Under the pieces are notes generated by a model. The model was given only the letters and a program-made list of their open reading frames with translations, made no database searches and had not been told where the DNA came from. 64,000 bases of DNA from Eledone cirrhosa (Eukaryota), in assembly GCA_964016885.1 (NCBI GenBank), contig OZ024742.1, positions 22,506,001-22,570,000 of the forward strand, in the 5' to 3' direction. Below, piece after piece: positions 13,132-25,294 of this stretch (its first letter is position 1; every line of letters starts with the position of its first letter). The position numbers and the translations under genes are program-made.

Positions 13132-13639
13132 TTCCCAATTATTTATATGTGATGGTCCATCCCATTCTCGCTAGAGGAGCATCGTACTCTCGCACAACAT
13201 AATCATTAGCCATCGGGTTGGATCGCACTCCATGCATCCTGGGCAAGTGACATTTACACTAGCTTCGTGTTGACTCGTGGTGTGAGTAAAACTAGGTAGC
13301 TTGGAACTGTTTGTATTATTGGTACATTCCATGTGACAGGATTCCAAACGGCGTATTGTGTCACACTGCATCTCCCTGAGTATTACACTATGGTTACACA
13401 TATCTGTGGAGTGCTCAGTTACTTACACGTTAATTTCATAAACAGGCAGTTCCATTGATTATACAACTATACTATTCATCCTTGAGACCGTCAAGAAGAG
13501 TCATGACCCGGCTCTTCCCCTTTGATGAAATAGTAACAGAAAAGCAAATAAATAAACACAATAAAACAACAACAATAAAAAGCAGCGGGTTCCTATATTT
13601 CTGAACAAAAGACGTGGATGATAACAACTTAAGTACAAT

Positions 13640-13860
13640 TCATACATGTTGATTTCTGCCTTTAGTCAGAAGAGTGCGGGTCTTTCATTGAAGATTGCAT
13701 GATCGTGTGCACGCACGTCACTTTTCAGACCCCCTTTTGTTTTGTAGCCACGTTCACAGATGTGACACATGAACTGGCTGTCCTGGCAATACCAGCTTGA
13801 GGTGTGTGTGCAAGGGTGGGAATCATCTCTGCCTTCTACCATGTCTGGACAGTCCATACA
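13640..13860 (-). mobile_element. RTE-like LINE 3' end fragment
   Basis: QFMCHICERGYKTKGGLKSDVRAH (eroded C2H2 finger typical of RTE ORF ends), followed by a short 3' UTR ending CATGTATG. Confidence 0.6.
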
Positions 13861-14220
13861 TACAGGCATACATCTATTTCTAGATAGATGAGAGGATGGT
13901 CATGGCCTATACACAATTTATACATACATATAAATACATATATATACACATACATATATACACATACATATATAAACATGCATATATACACATACATACA
14001 TGCATATATTTCTTTAAAAAAGACAGGATGGTCATAGCCTATGCACAACTGATAAATTTCCATGGAGAAATGTTTTCGTAGGGTGTTGTCTCCGGGAGAT
14101 GTACAGAGCAGCTCAAAGTATTCTTGTATAAAACTTGGTCTTCTTGTGCCAATATTAGAAACCATTATTGAAGTTGAGTAAAAGTTATCGTAGTGAAGTT
14201 GAACAAAAGTTATCGTAGAG

Positions 14221-14618
14221 TACTCTTGGGATTCGAATATCGTCACCCCCAGCTTATTAATTTTTCACATTTTTCTACCACTACCCCCTCCATTTATTAA
14301 ATTTTGCTAATCAATCTCCGGCGAAATTTTATTTTAAGTGGTAGCACTCCTGCGACAATTATTTTTCTTTATACATGACAAAAAAGTACATTACTAGAAA
14401 TCCCATACGTTATAAAATAAATATGACGAGATGGGGTCTTAATATGTAAACTATACGACTAATTCTGTTTTTGTTTTTCAAAAATAAACGGAGAAAACTA
14501 AGAAGACTTAGCGACTGTCCACCCCTCCGCTTAGTACCCACCCCAACATATTCCAACTTCCTCCCTTCTTCCAACACTCCCGCTTACTCCAACCCCTATT
14601 ATTTGGGAGACAAGAATG
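14221..14618. mobile_element. Possible degenerate non-autonomous DNA transposon
   Basis: Left end TACTCTTGGGATTCGAATA versus right end TATTTGGGAGACAAGAATG (weak inverted match); repeated CCCC..CTTA/TTTATT subterminal motifs. Confidence 0.35.
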
Positions 14619-15141
14619 GCTTCAAGAAAAAGGTTATAACAACAACAACAAGACCAGGTTTCGAAACATTCATTGATTTTTCTCAAAGTAAGATTTTTCT
14701 GTGGCATTGAGAACCTAAACATGAATAAATAAGAACATAAATAATTGAACATATTTAAATTGAAGACATTAAAACAAAACAGGCAAGAAAGTACACACAA
14801 AAAGAAACGAAACGAATCAAAGCAAAAGACGAAACGTAACAAAACCACAAAAAAAAAAACACAAGGAGGATTTTAAGAAATAATTGAAAAGGCAAGTTTT
14901 CATAGCTACAGTCATAGTTGAAAGTATAACAGTCAATCAATTATTGAATAAAACAGTAGAATTGCTATGATTTATGAGTTAAAGCAGCAGTAGGAACGTA
15001 GCACAGTAAATAGACTTTGTCTCTTCATTCGATAAACAAACTTTCAAAATAAAAGTTAAAGTGGTGAAATTATTCGCTTGATTTTTACAATGTAACTCGG
15101 ACATGTCAAGTGGATTTCTTCATTTCTTTGTTCAATTTTAC

Positions 15142-15182
<41 letters not shown>

Positions 15183-15480
15183 TGTACACACACACACACA
15201 CATATATACATATGTATATTCATATATTTACACAGACATATATATTAGGTATACACACACACGCACGCACACAATTACACTCAATGCTGTCACGAGGTCC
15301 GTATCGTTTGTATTGTATTCATATATATATATATATATATATGTGTGTGTACAGAGGTATCCACAGTAAGTTGTGGGGTCTAGTCTGCATGAAGAACTCG
15401 ATGTAATCCGTATGTTGAAAATGTTGTAGGTTAAGATAAATCCCGGAAAACAATAAAACATTAAAAGGAAAACAGTCATG

Positions 15481-16019
15481 ATATAAGTTAAAACAATGAA
15501 ATAAAAAATCAAGTCATTAGAGATACTGGTTTACGATCGTTTCTAGGTGATGATAATACATTGTAGCTATACTCCGTTATTAATCTATGTAAGGTTAGTT
15601 ACAAAATATCAGATAAAGAGAATATTTACTTACATGCATATCACCAGCTGTTTTCAAAAGCAATAATTTTATTCAGAATTAGTAGTATGTTAGTATCATG
15701 TCCTTATTTGGATGTAGTTGAAGAACTAACCAATCAAATTGTTTTATTTTGTTCTTTTTAAACAATTTGATTGGTTAGTTCTTCAACTACATCCAAATAA
15801 GGACATGATAATAACATACTACTAATTCTGAATAAAATTATTATTGCTTTTGAAAACAGCTGGTGATATGCATCTAAGTAAATATTCTCTTTATCTGATA
15901 TTTTGTAACTAACCTTACATAGATCAATAACAGAGTATAGCTACAATGCATTATCATCACCTAGAAACGATCGTAAACCAGTATCTCTAATGACTTGATT
16001 TTTTATTTCATTGTTTTAA

Positions 16020-16026
<7 letters not shown>
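15481..16026. repeat. ~546-bp near-perfect inverted repeat (arms ~265 bp, spacer ~15 bp)
   Basis: ATATAAGTTAAAACAATGAAAT... / ...ATTTCATTGTTTTAACTTATAT with few mismatches. The arms contain GAAACGATCGTA (15964-15975), a hammerhead-like GAA + palindromic stem III + GUA. Confidence 0.92.
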
Positions 16027-16045
<19 letters not shown>

Positions 16046-16054
<9 letters not shown>

Positions 16055-16418
16055 GACGTAAAATAAGAAAATTATAAAACTTAACTTACTTACTAAAATT
16101 TCACTCCAACTAATTAGTTTCTGAAAGGGAATAAACATGGTTTCCGAATGGAACACATCGAGAAAGTCCTTTCGTTGTCCTGGAATTTAGTCCTCGCTTG
16201 CTTTTTTCCATCCACTGAATTATTTTTGTATAAGTTCCCTGTGTCCACGCACTGCCTGGGAACTTAGCTGAGAATAGACTTCCTGACGACGAAAGGACTT
16301 TCTCCGTGTGTTCCATTCGGAAACCATGTTTATTCCCTTTCAGAAACTAATTTGTTGGAGTGAAATTTTAGTAAGTAAGTTAAGTTTTATAATTTTCTTA
16401 TTTTACGTCTTTCATATA
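16046..16418. repeat. Inverted repeat (arms ~135 bp, spacer ~95 bp); inverted pseudo-LTR pair
   Basis: GAAAGACGTAAAATAAG... / ...CTTATTTTACGTCTTTC. The right arm begins with a hammerhead and extends further to ~16500. Confidence 0.9.
16278..16361 (+). ncRNA. Type I hammerhead ribozyme motif with a long stem II insert
   Basis: ACTTC-CTGACGA-C-GAAAGG(39 nt)CCTTTC-A-GAA-ACTAATTTGT-T-GGAGT. The left-arm copy has a perfectly palindromic stem III (ACTAATTAGT) but an eroded core. Confidence 0.7.
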
Positions 16419-16850
16419 ATTGTTCTGCATCCCCTTGCATTGAACCACAAAGTTACTAAGACAAAACCTATATATTTGCTAGCATAGGTATGCATCTGTA
16501 TATATATGTTGGTAGATATACTAATACTTTATATATATATATGTATATATATATATACATATACATATATTTATATATACTTTTATTTACAAATGTTGTT
16601 GTTCAAAGAGCTAGATGAGTAGTCTAAGTTAGAGGCAATGGTGGTGGTGATAACTGGGGCTGGTTGTGAACGTCGTCGTGGTTGTTGTGGAGAATAGTAT
16701 AAACAGTTTACGGAACACACACATATATATAAATAACATACACCTACAGTCTCTGCCTCGCGCTCATCCACATACATGTTCTGGTTATATACATATACAC
16801 GTACACAGACACACACTCACACATGTATGTATATATACATTTATATACAT

Positions 16851-16891
<41 letters not shown>

Positions 16892-16914
16892 AATAAGATA
16901 ACAAGCACGATTGG

Positions 16915-16950
<36 letters not shown>

Positions 16951-16988
16951 GTACACAAACACACACATGTATATATATATAAATGTAA

Positions 16989-17025
<37 letters not shown>

Positions 17026-17056
17026 GTTATATATGTGTTAGTGTGTGTTTGTGTAC

Positions 17057-17099
<43 letters not shown>

Positions 17100-17429
17100 G
17101 AAACGGGGCTCCAAGCCAACTCAAAACCGCAGTAAAAAGCACCATCTGCTGCAGTAATGCTGGTCCAGCCTTTTCACGAAGACACAAAAACAACAACAAA
17201 AGCGGAAACTACAACCCTATCCAACAGTGCAACCACATCTCCAGTCACTAACTGCTCCCTAAGCAGGAACATTCGTTTTTAGCCATCTTGAACCTACCAA
17301 AAGAGATAAAAAAAACTTCTAGCCATCACTCAATACTATCCTATGCTATTACCCAAGTGCACCAACTCCTCACATTGATGTTACTAACACACAATCCCCA
17401 AACAAGCCCCCTGCAATGGTCAAAACACC

Positions 17430-18070
17430 GCCACTACACAAGCCTCCACATTTCTACTCAATGTACAAGGTGTCAGCCCTTCCATCAATACACAAAAATG
17501 GAAGGTCCAATTCAATCTAGGATTGAGTTGGTAACTATCCATACCACATCCCTTTCTTCATTCTTACTGAGACCCCACTTGACAACTCCCACTTGGAAGC
17601 CGTAGTGAAAGTGAAGAATTTCACAACCATCCGCGCGGATCGTGTCGACAGAAGGAAGGGTGGAACTGCCATTTTCCTGCATAAATCCTTTACGGCAGAT
17701 GGAAATATCACATTCTCCAATGGCTACTGTGAATCAGTCACCGTGCACAATAAAGCCAATGACCTGATAGTAGTTGGGCTCTATAGGCCACCCCAAACAC
17801 CCATACTGCGCTTTAAAGAATGCCTCAACATCATTAAGTCTTCTATTCAACAGTGCCATTCTAGTAATATACTTATGATGGGAGACGTTAATCTACCTTG
17901 TGTTTATTGGTCTACAAAACAGTTTGAAATCAAGTATTCCCACCTTAACCGCTGACAAAGAAGCAGTAGAGTCACTTCCCAACTTTATGAATGAATTGTT
18001 CTTGTTCCAACATGTCCTTGCACCAACAAGATATCAGAAGAATATTTTAGACCTAGTATTTATAACATTA
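17430..18070 (+). pseudogene. APE endonuclease domain of a CR1/L2-group LINE ORF2 (frameshifted fragment)
   Basis: Across frames: NVQG, ILTETHL, IRADR..RKGGTAIF, GLYRPP, MGDVNLP, HV..PTR..NILDLVF, the conserved APE motifs. Confidence 0.88.
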
Positions 18071-18589
18071 GTCAGTCACAAACATCCATTCTTGCGTACA
18101 GCTTTCTGCCATATGTATGAGAGAAATAATTTGATCCAATTCCCTACCTCTCCTTTAATTCCTCTTTGAAACATTTTTGTTGGAGTTAAACCGAAATATC
18201 TCTTTGCTTACTTTTTACTCTATTTAAACTATAACACTTGAGTAGGGAGACCCTAAGGTCGGTGGCTGTTGTAGTCGGTGTCACTGACCATTCTCCTTGG
18301 TAACATCATTATCATTCTGTCTACAGGGTGTGGCTGACATCACCCAGACGAAGGTATAGTGTCTGTCACTTCCCATTCCCTTTTCTTTCCGTGTTTGACA
18401 CTTTTTCTTTTTCTTCTTTTCCTTTCCTTTTTTCTTTTTCTTTTTTACTCCCTTTAATAGGATGTTTTGCCTTTTGTATAAAGAAATGTTATCCATAAAA
18501 TTGATTCAGTTTGTACTGAAGCTTTTGTTGGGGAACCGAGTCAAACGTTTTACTGAAGTCGATATAAATTATATATATATGTATATATA

Positions 18590-19000
18590 ACCTTCTGTCC
18601 AATCTTTTAGGCAAGACCACAATTGAGATATGCAGCGACACCAATATTGGAATTCATGTTGGTAGCACCTAATAGTTTTGTTATACTTAAGCATTGCAAC
18701 ATTGAACCTTGTATTAGGCGTTCTAGAAGTATAGTAATTTAGCTTGTAAGGGATACAGGTAGAACATTCTTCTTATCAAACTGGGAACCTTCTCTTTTGT
18801 GCAATAGAGTGATGTTCGAATCACATCTGCCTTGAGGTACACAACTAGTGTAGATTGACATGTTGGGGGAATATCGAAGTTTGGACAGTTCCGGACAACA
18901 TTGACACTGATTAGATCTGTGAAACCTCTTTGAAACCCCTCAATTTCAGCAGCTTATCACGGACACTATTAGGGTATCAATATCTTTTACAGAAACTAAT
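18590..19000 (-). pseudogene. Highly eroded CR1/L2-group reverse transcriptase N-terminal fragment
   Basis: Manual minus-strand translation: VRDKLLKL...CCPELSK...VPQ..SNITLLHKREGS..DKKNVLPVSLTS*..LLERLI...QHEF...CISQL...DWT, matching the RT consensus (ANVTPIHKKG..NYRPVSLTS..KLLE..QHGF..SC.TQL..DWT). Not in the ORF track. Confidence 0.75.
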
Positions 19001-20311
19001 ATTTCTTCTAATAATTTTGTAATATTTTCATTTCCTCTTCATATTCTATCAGAAATTGAATTCTAATGTTGATATTCTTCTATCTGCAACTTGCAATTAT
19101 TTGGCTATATATAAAAAAAAAATGGATTTACTTTCTGCTGGTCTCTGACCTTTTTTCTCCCATACTTTAGCCTGGTATTCTTTTTTCACATGCATTCTTG
19201 TTTGAGTGATAAATGGTGGTCTGGGTTGTGAAGAAGGAGAATAAGAAGTTGGTTGGTGTAAGTTTCGTCGTAAAATGTAAAGGCGCAGCTATAAATATTT
19301 ACAATAAAGAGAATGCAAAGGCAAACCGCACGAAAAAGCAAAAGTAAAGCATGTAAAATAAGACGAATAACTGACTGCAGAATGAGAGTATAGAAGAATC
19401 AACAGAATGGTTTATAGAGAAGACATGTAACAAACACCAACACTGCAAAAAATATCAGAAATAATAATATTGTAAATGAGCATATAAATAGCAACTGGAC
19501 AATGTATGTAATAATTATAAAAGTACAATTAGTTCTACTTACCAATTTCTAATGAGTAGGAAGATAAAAAAAAAAATCATTTAGATTTCTATCATTTTGG
19601 TAATAAAACTGAAAAGCCAAGTAAGAAATATTTACACTGGAGACATTGCTGGGATAAACATCAGCAACGTTTGAACATATTAATTATAAAAGAGGATTTA
19701 TTTCTCTATAGGACTATCTAATAATGAAATTTATATAGAAATAATACAGCCAGAAGTGAAAAAAAATACATTTTGTTCAAATTATTTTTTCCGAATTAAA
19801 AATGAATATTGAGTTAGAATGATTAACGTCGAAATATAGCAACGGCATTTTAAAAGATAAAGAAAAAAAATTCAAATGACTATATGAACAGAAACTGGAC
19901 GATTTTCTAATGAAATAAATATTAATTAAAATAACAAAAAATATTTATATTTATACATTTTTAATCATAGAATGAATTAATAGAAAATAATAGAGCAACA
20001 AGAAACGACTCAAGATATTGGGAAAGTGTTGTTTTGAAAATATGGTTTTTTATGAAGAGAAGCGCTGATTAATACGCGATTTGACGTATTTGGAAACAAA
20101 AAATATTATGTTACGTAGAATTATATAGGCTAATGCGCACTAAATGTTTTTTTATCTCCCATCAGAATGCCTATCATACTATTCCTGCTAAACTATATAT
20201 ATTTCTCCTGATCCTCAACTAAGAATCAGTGAATATCGATGTTCCAGTGATTCAATTTTTTCATTACTCGAGTGTGTACGATAAATATGTTTATATATGT
20301 TGTTCTCTATC

Positions 20312-20584
20312 TGTTGTATTCCTCTCGGTACTCGCAGAGAAAATACGAGTTATATCAAATAATTTGTGTAATTTGCGAAACAAGCAAAACGCCCCTCCTC
20401 GCAGTAGCAGAATAACATAAAGTAAGTAAGTAGCAGTCTGTGACCGAGTTTTTAATACCAACGCTGACTGACTGCCCAGGTCACGTGATTCATATGCAAA
20501 TGTGTGAGCACGTGTAAATTTAATAGAAATTTAACAGTCCATACAACAATGAGGTTGTGAGTTCGATTCCCAGTCCATACAACA
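20312..20584 (-). repeat. 3' LTR (273 bp)
   Basis: TGTTGTATTCC...CCATACAACA; differs from 25010-25285 by ~5-6 substitutions and one small indel (counted by eye). Confidence 0.95.
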
Positions 20585-20595
20585 CCTCCCCACCG
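20585..20595 (-). promoter_or_regulatory. Polypurine tract
   Basis: Minus strand GGTGGGGAGG immediately precedes the 3' LTR. Confidence 0.85.
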
Positions 20596-20618
20596 AAATT
20601 GATGCGACAAAAGAAGCA

Positions 20619-23600
20619 TCAACAGCAAAGTCTCTCTGGGGGTTTACGAGTTCGCTTGGACCGTCTTCGATTGTCTGGTCCATACTCTGGAACGGGCAAC
20701 AAGGTCTTGGGTCTGGTCTGTCTTGGAGTTAGTGGCACGATTTCCGAGATCTCAATCGGGTGATCTGTTGCAAATTCAAAAACAGTGTCTACTGCATCAC
20801 CAGGTTCATTGTCTTCCTCAGTAGTGTACCGCGGTTGCAGCTGTTCCCAGTGTCGTCTCCACACTCCGCCATGAGGTATGACGTTAACGTTGAAGCAGCG
20901 AGTACCCAATGACTTCTTAATGATTGCTGGTACCCATCGGGGATCTTTGTCTCGGCGAGGTCCGTAGTACAGTGCATACACAGGATCTCCAGCCTTGTAC
21001 TGCCTGGTAACCTTAGCGACACCTGCCGAGTCCGGAGTCATCTGAGATTTATATGCTTCCTGAGACTGCTTGCCTTGAGCGATGTGTGCTGGCGAGGGCA
21101 GCAGAGAATCAATCCTTGTCCGTATCTGCCGGTGATTCAAAAGTTCACTCGGGAGAATCCACTGGATGTCGGTGTTCTCCGGTACTGCATCAAGAACTCT
21201 TGAAGTGCTCGCTTCGGCGGAAGAGAAGTCTTCCTCAGAGCTTGTTTGAAGGTCTGCACCAAACGTTCCGCTGCTCCGTTAGTAACTGGGTGGTAAGGTG
21301 CCCCTGTCAGGTGCGTGATCCCACGTTCTTTGCACGAGCTCTGGAACTCCTCAGAAATAAAAGTTGGTGCGTTATCGGTGACTAGCGTGTGAGGAAATCC
21401 GAAGTGCGCAAAGTCTTCTTCAAGCAGATATAAAGTGGCTCTGGAGGACGTGGATGACGTAGGATGAATGCATGGATACTTGGAATAAGCATCCGTGATC
21501 ACCAACCAATTACTGCCCATGAAATTTATTGCGTGGTCCAGGTGTAAGCGGCTCCACGGCTTTTCAGGTAACATCCATGGGTGAACTGGAGACTTGGATG
21601 GCTGGTTTTGATGTTCACCACACGAATCACATTGTCGACTGGTTTTCTCTATAGCAGCATCGACACCAGGCCAATAAACAGCAGTTCTTGCCAATTGTTT
21701 CATGCGCTCCATGCCAAAGTGTCAGAGATGCAGAAGATTGAGGATCTTTGGCTGTAAGCTATGTGGAATCACAACTCTCGATCCATGGATAAGGCATCCT
21801 TGGCAGATACTGAGTGAATCCGATAACTTCCGGAACTTATTGACTTCGTCATTGATCTCAGTATTCTTTGGTGGCCAGCCTTCACGGACGTAGCGTATCA
21901 CTGTAGATATCACTGGATCTTTCCCTGACTCTTGACGGAGGACGTTAGAATCGATAGGTTGGACTTGAAGACTGAGAGCTTTGATGGCGTACACCATGTC
22001 CATGTCTTCACCATTTTCCTTCCTGTCAAAGTCGATGTCATTACCAAATGGTAAGCGACTGAGGGCATCTGCATTGCCATGATCCGCTGTTTTCCGATAT
22101 TCGATGGTGTAGTCAAACTGGTTCAGCCACAGGGCCCACCGTGCTAGTCGGTTAGCAGCGAGAAGTGGCGTCCCTTTCCTCGGACTGAACAGTGATGTCA
22201 GTGGCTTGTGGTCAGTTACGAGTATAAACTGATGTCCGTACAGATACTGATAGAACTTCTGCAAGCCAAATATGATGGCCAGGGCTTCCTTTTGAATTTG
22301 GCCGTAGTTACGCTGTGCAGAAGTAAGAGTCTTGGACACATTGGATATTGGGCGCTCGCTTCCATCAGGATAGCGATGAAACAGGACTGCTCCAATACCA
22401 ACTTTTGACGCGTCGCAAGCCAGTCCCAAAGTTTTGTTTGGATCGAAGTGTATCAGAACTCGATCCGATGAAAGCACATTTTTCAACTGATTGAAAGCTG
22501 ACTGTTCTTCATCTCCCCACTTCCAAGTAGTCGTTTTATTCGTAAGGCAATAGAGTGGCTCTGCCATGCTGGCCAGGTTTGGGATAAACTTTCCATAGAA
22601 CTGAACTGAACCCAGGAAAGACTTCAAGCTTGAGACGTTCGTTGGAGGTGGCATCTTTAAAACTGCTTCGACCTTGGATCCCTTCGCGATCCCTTCAGCC
22701 GACAAGGTGTGTCCAAGGTATTCCACACTGGGTAGTGCAAACTGGCACTTGTCACGGCGACATCTGAGTCCTTTGTCGCACAGACGTGTGAGCAGACACT
22801 TTAGGTTGTTCAGGTGATCGTTTGCATCTTTCCCACTGACGAGCATGTCGTCCTGGAAGACGGCCACACCAGGTAGATCTTGTGTCAGGTTTTCCATGAT
22901 CTCTTGAAAGTAACCAGGTGCTGACTTGATTCCGAAAGGGAGTCGTTCCTGCAGGAGAACCCGACGGTGGGTGCTGAGTGCAAGCCTGCGTTGACTTTCT
23001 GGAGCCAGCTTGATCTGATTATAGGCATCAGCAAGATCAATCTTTGTGTATCCGAATCCACCTCCGAGCTTCTGCATCAGTTCCTCTGGGAGTGGCATTG
23101 GATGACGATGATCTGCAAGTTGGTCATTAATTCCCACGGAGTAGTCACCACAAATCCGTAGTTTGGGCTTCAGGTTGCCTGAAGTATGTGCTTTACGAAT
23201 CGGTACCACTGGCGTTCCGTATTCGTTGAACTGTACTGGCTTCCAGATTCCTTTGGCGATGCCTTCTTCGTAACCTTTGGCCAGGTCATCACGAAGAGAA
23301 AACGGGACCGGGCGTGCCTTGTGAAAGACCGGTGTCGCGTCCGACTTGAACTTCACTTCCAGTTCGAAGTCATTAAGACATCCCAATTCTTGCTTGAAGA
23401 GATCTGGGAATTCATCACACATGTTGTGACAATCTCGTTGCATGGAAATATAGGGCTGATTTGAGGTCTTTGGATGCATCACTTCTGCACCCTCACTCTT
23501 GGCCTGGCTGTCTATGCTTTTCAATCCTAGAGCATTGTCCACGGAAATTCCCAGAGTCTGGATAGCGTTTCGTCCCAGCAAATTAAGATCAGGGATCTTG

Positions 23601-24880
23601 GTGACGATGTAGGGTATTGAATTCCGTTTACCGGTCGTTGGATCCTTGGTTTGGCCCATGAAAGTTCCCAGAACGGGCAGGTCGTGCTTGCTGGCAGATT
23701 CAAACCGATGTTTGACATCTTGCAGCTTCGGTTTTCCTAATTGTTTCCAAACTGACAAGGAAACAAAATTGCCTGTAGTAGCTGTGTCCAATTCCATTGT
23801 GAAAAGTCTGTTCTGGATTGTTATTGGCACATTAAAACTATGAGTATCGTGGGGAACTTCACCAAGGATCGCCTTGACTAGCTCAGCTTTCGTGATTCTT
23901 TTCACGTAATTCTGTGAGCGATGATTATGTTGCTGGTGTTGTTTCTTTCTACACACCGCTTGCAAATGTCCCTTTTTGTCACAAAAATGACATTTGGCTT
24001 CTTTGAAGGGGCAGTCTGTCGCTTTGTGGGCCTTTCCACATCGGTAGCACATCTCCTGGTCTGTGGAATAAGACTGCTGATAGTTCTTTCGAGGACCCTT
24101 GTTCTTGTTCTGCTGGACCTTGTAGACTTGCTTGGTTTTGGAACCGTAAACAGTTTCCTTGGCAACCTTTGCTGCGTCTTCGGTCCCGATGGCAACTTGG
24201 ACAGCACGGGCGAAATCTAGTTCTGTATCCTTGATCTTGAAAATAGCCTTCAACACAGCTTCATTATTGACAGAACATATAAATCTCTGTCTTAGAGCTT
24301 CATCTTGTGAATTTGTGATCGAAGGAAAATCACAGGTAGCTGCATCCTGACGTATACGTGCTGCCAACTCCTGGAGAGTTTCGCCTGGCTTCCATGGCAT
24401 GTCACTCCAGAACTTGAAACGTTCTCTCACAATGAAAAGTTTTGGGTCGAACTGTTCTTTCATGAAGTCAACAATTTCGTCCATTGTCAACTTGTTGATA
24501 TTCTTAGGCGGATTTTGTTGAGCAGCCAGATTTGCAAGTTGTTTGTAGATAGCAGCCGTCTGATTAGTCAGGAACACTTGTGCCATGCGTTGCTCGGGTA
24601 CAGCGTTAGCAGCCACAAACGTGCAGAATCTTGACCAGTAATCAGGCAATAGTTCTGTTGTTGAATCAAAAGCAGCAAATGGTGGGATGAATGCTGTTGG
24701 TGTCGAAGCAACTGGCGACGCCAATAAACTCTGTTGTTCAGAATCTCGAGCACCAAACAGTTTTATCAGAGTGTCCATATCTTTCTTGTGTTGTTGCATT
24801 TGTTGTTCCTGTTGTTGCATTTGTTGTTCCATCCGTTCTCTAAACAACTTTATTAGCTCCGCTGTTTGTTGTTCCGCCAT
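20619..24880 (-). pseudogene. Gypsy Gag-Pol polyprotein with one in-frame stop and one frameshift
   Basis: ATG at 24880 (MAEQQ). Two Zn knuckles CYRCGKAHKATDC and CHFCDKKGHLQAVC, protease ELDTA, RT (DLADAY, PFG, FQDD), RNase H (LACDAS, QKEALA, TDHKPL, NADALSR), integrase HHCC + LHLD/VTDN/AAER. TGA at 21722-21724 sits in HL*HFG; frameshift at ~21150 (GFSPSELL). Confidence 0.93.
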
Positions 24881-24902
24881 GTTTTTGTGATAAACAATTT
24901 CC

Positions 24903-24990
24903 CGGCAATGTAGGTAAATCCTATCGGCAATGTAGGTAAATCCTTTCGGCAATGTAGGTAAATCCTATCGGCAATGTAGGTAAATCCTAC
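24903..24990. repeat. 22-bp tandem repeat x4 in the Gypsy 5' UTR, overlapping the PBS tail
   Basis: CGGCAATGTAGGTAAATCCTAT at 24903, 24925, 24947 and 24969 (single-base variants). Confidence 0.92.
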
Positions 24991-25001
24991 CGGCGACGCC
25001 A
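24983..25001 (-). promoter_or_regulatory. Primer-binding site, tRNA-Ser-like
   Basis: Minus strand TGGCGTCGCCGGTAGGATT, 8 nt inside the 5' LTR; resembles the complement of an animal tRNA-Ser 3' end (TGGCGTAGTCGGCAGGATT). Confidence 0.65.
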
Positions 25002-25009
25002 ATAAAGTC

Positions 25010-25285
25010 TGTTGTATTCCTCTCGGTACTCGCAGAGAAAACACAACGAGTTATATCAAATAATTTGTGTAATTTGCGAAACAAGCAAAACACCCCTCCT
25101 CGCAGTAGCAGAATAACATAAAGTAAGTAAGTAGCAGTCTGTGACCGAGTTTTTAATACCAACGCTGACTGACTGCCCAGGTCACGTGATTCATATGCAA
25201 ATGTGTAAGCACGTGTAAATTGAATATAAATTTAACAGTCCATACAACAATGAGGTTGTGAGTTCGATTCCCAGTCCATATAACA
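25010..25285 (-). repeat. 5' LTR (276 bp)
   Basis: Direct repeat of 20312-20584, followed by TSD CTATC. Confidence 0.95.
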
Positions 25286-25294
25286 CTATCTTTC

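Larger units (their letters stand above)
20312..25285 (-). mobile_element. Full-length Ty3/Gypsy LTR retrotransposon (Mag-like)
   Basis: Two TG...CA LTRs, 5-bp TSD CTATC (20307-20311 and 25286-25290), PBS, PPT, and gag-PR-RT-RH-IN domain order. Confidence 0.96.

Noticed and set aside
13330-13480. Body of another SINE family (TGTGGAGTGCTCAG...CACGTTAATTTCA)
   Set aside because: Single eroded copy in the window with no head or TSD; cannot be supported from this sequence alone.
21722-21724. Programmed stop-codon read-through before integrase
   Set aside because: The TGA replaces the Gly of H-x-G-H in the integrase zinc finger, and a frameshift also occurs downstream; decay is the simpler explanation.
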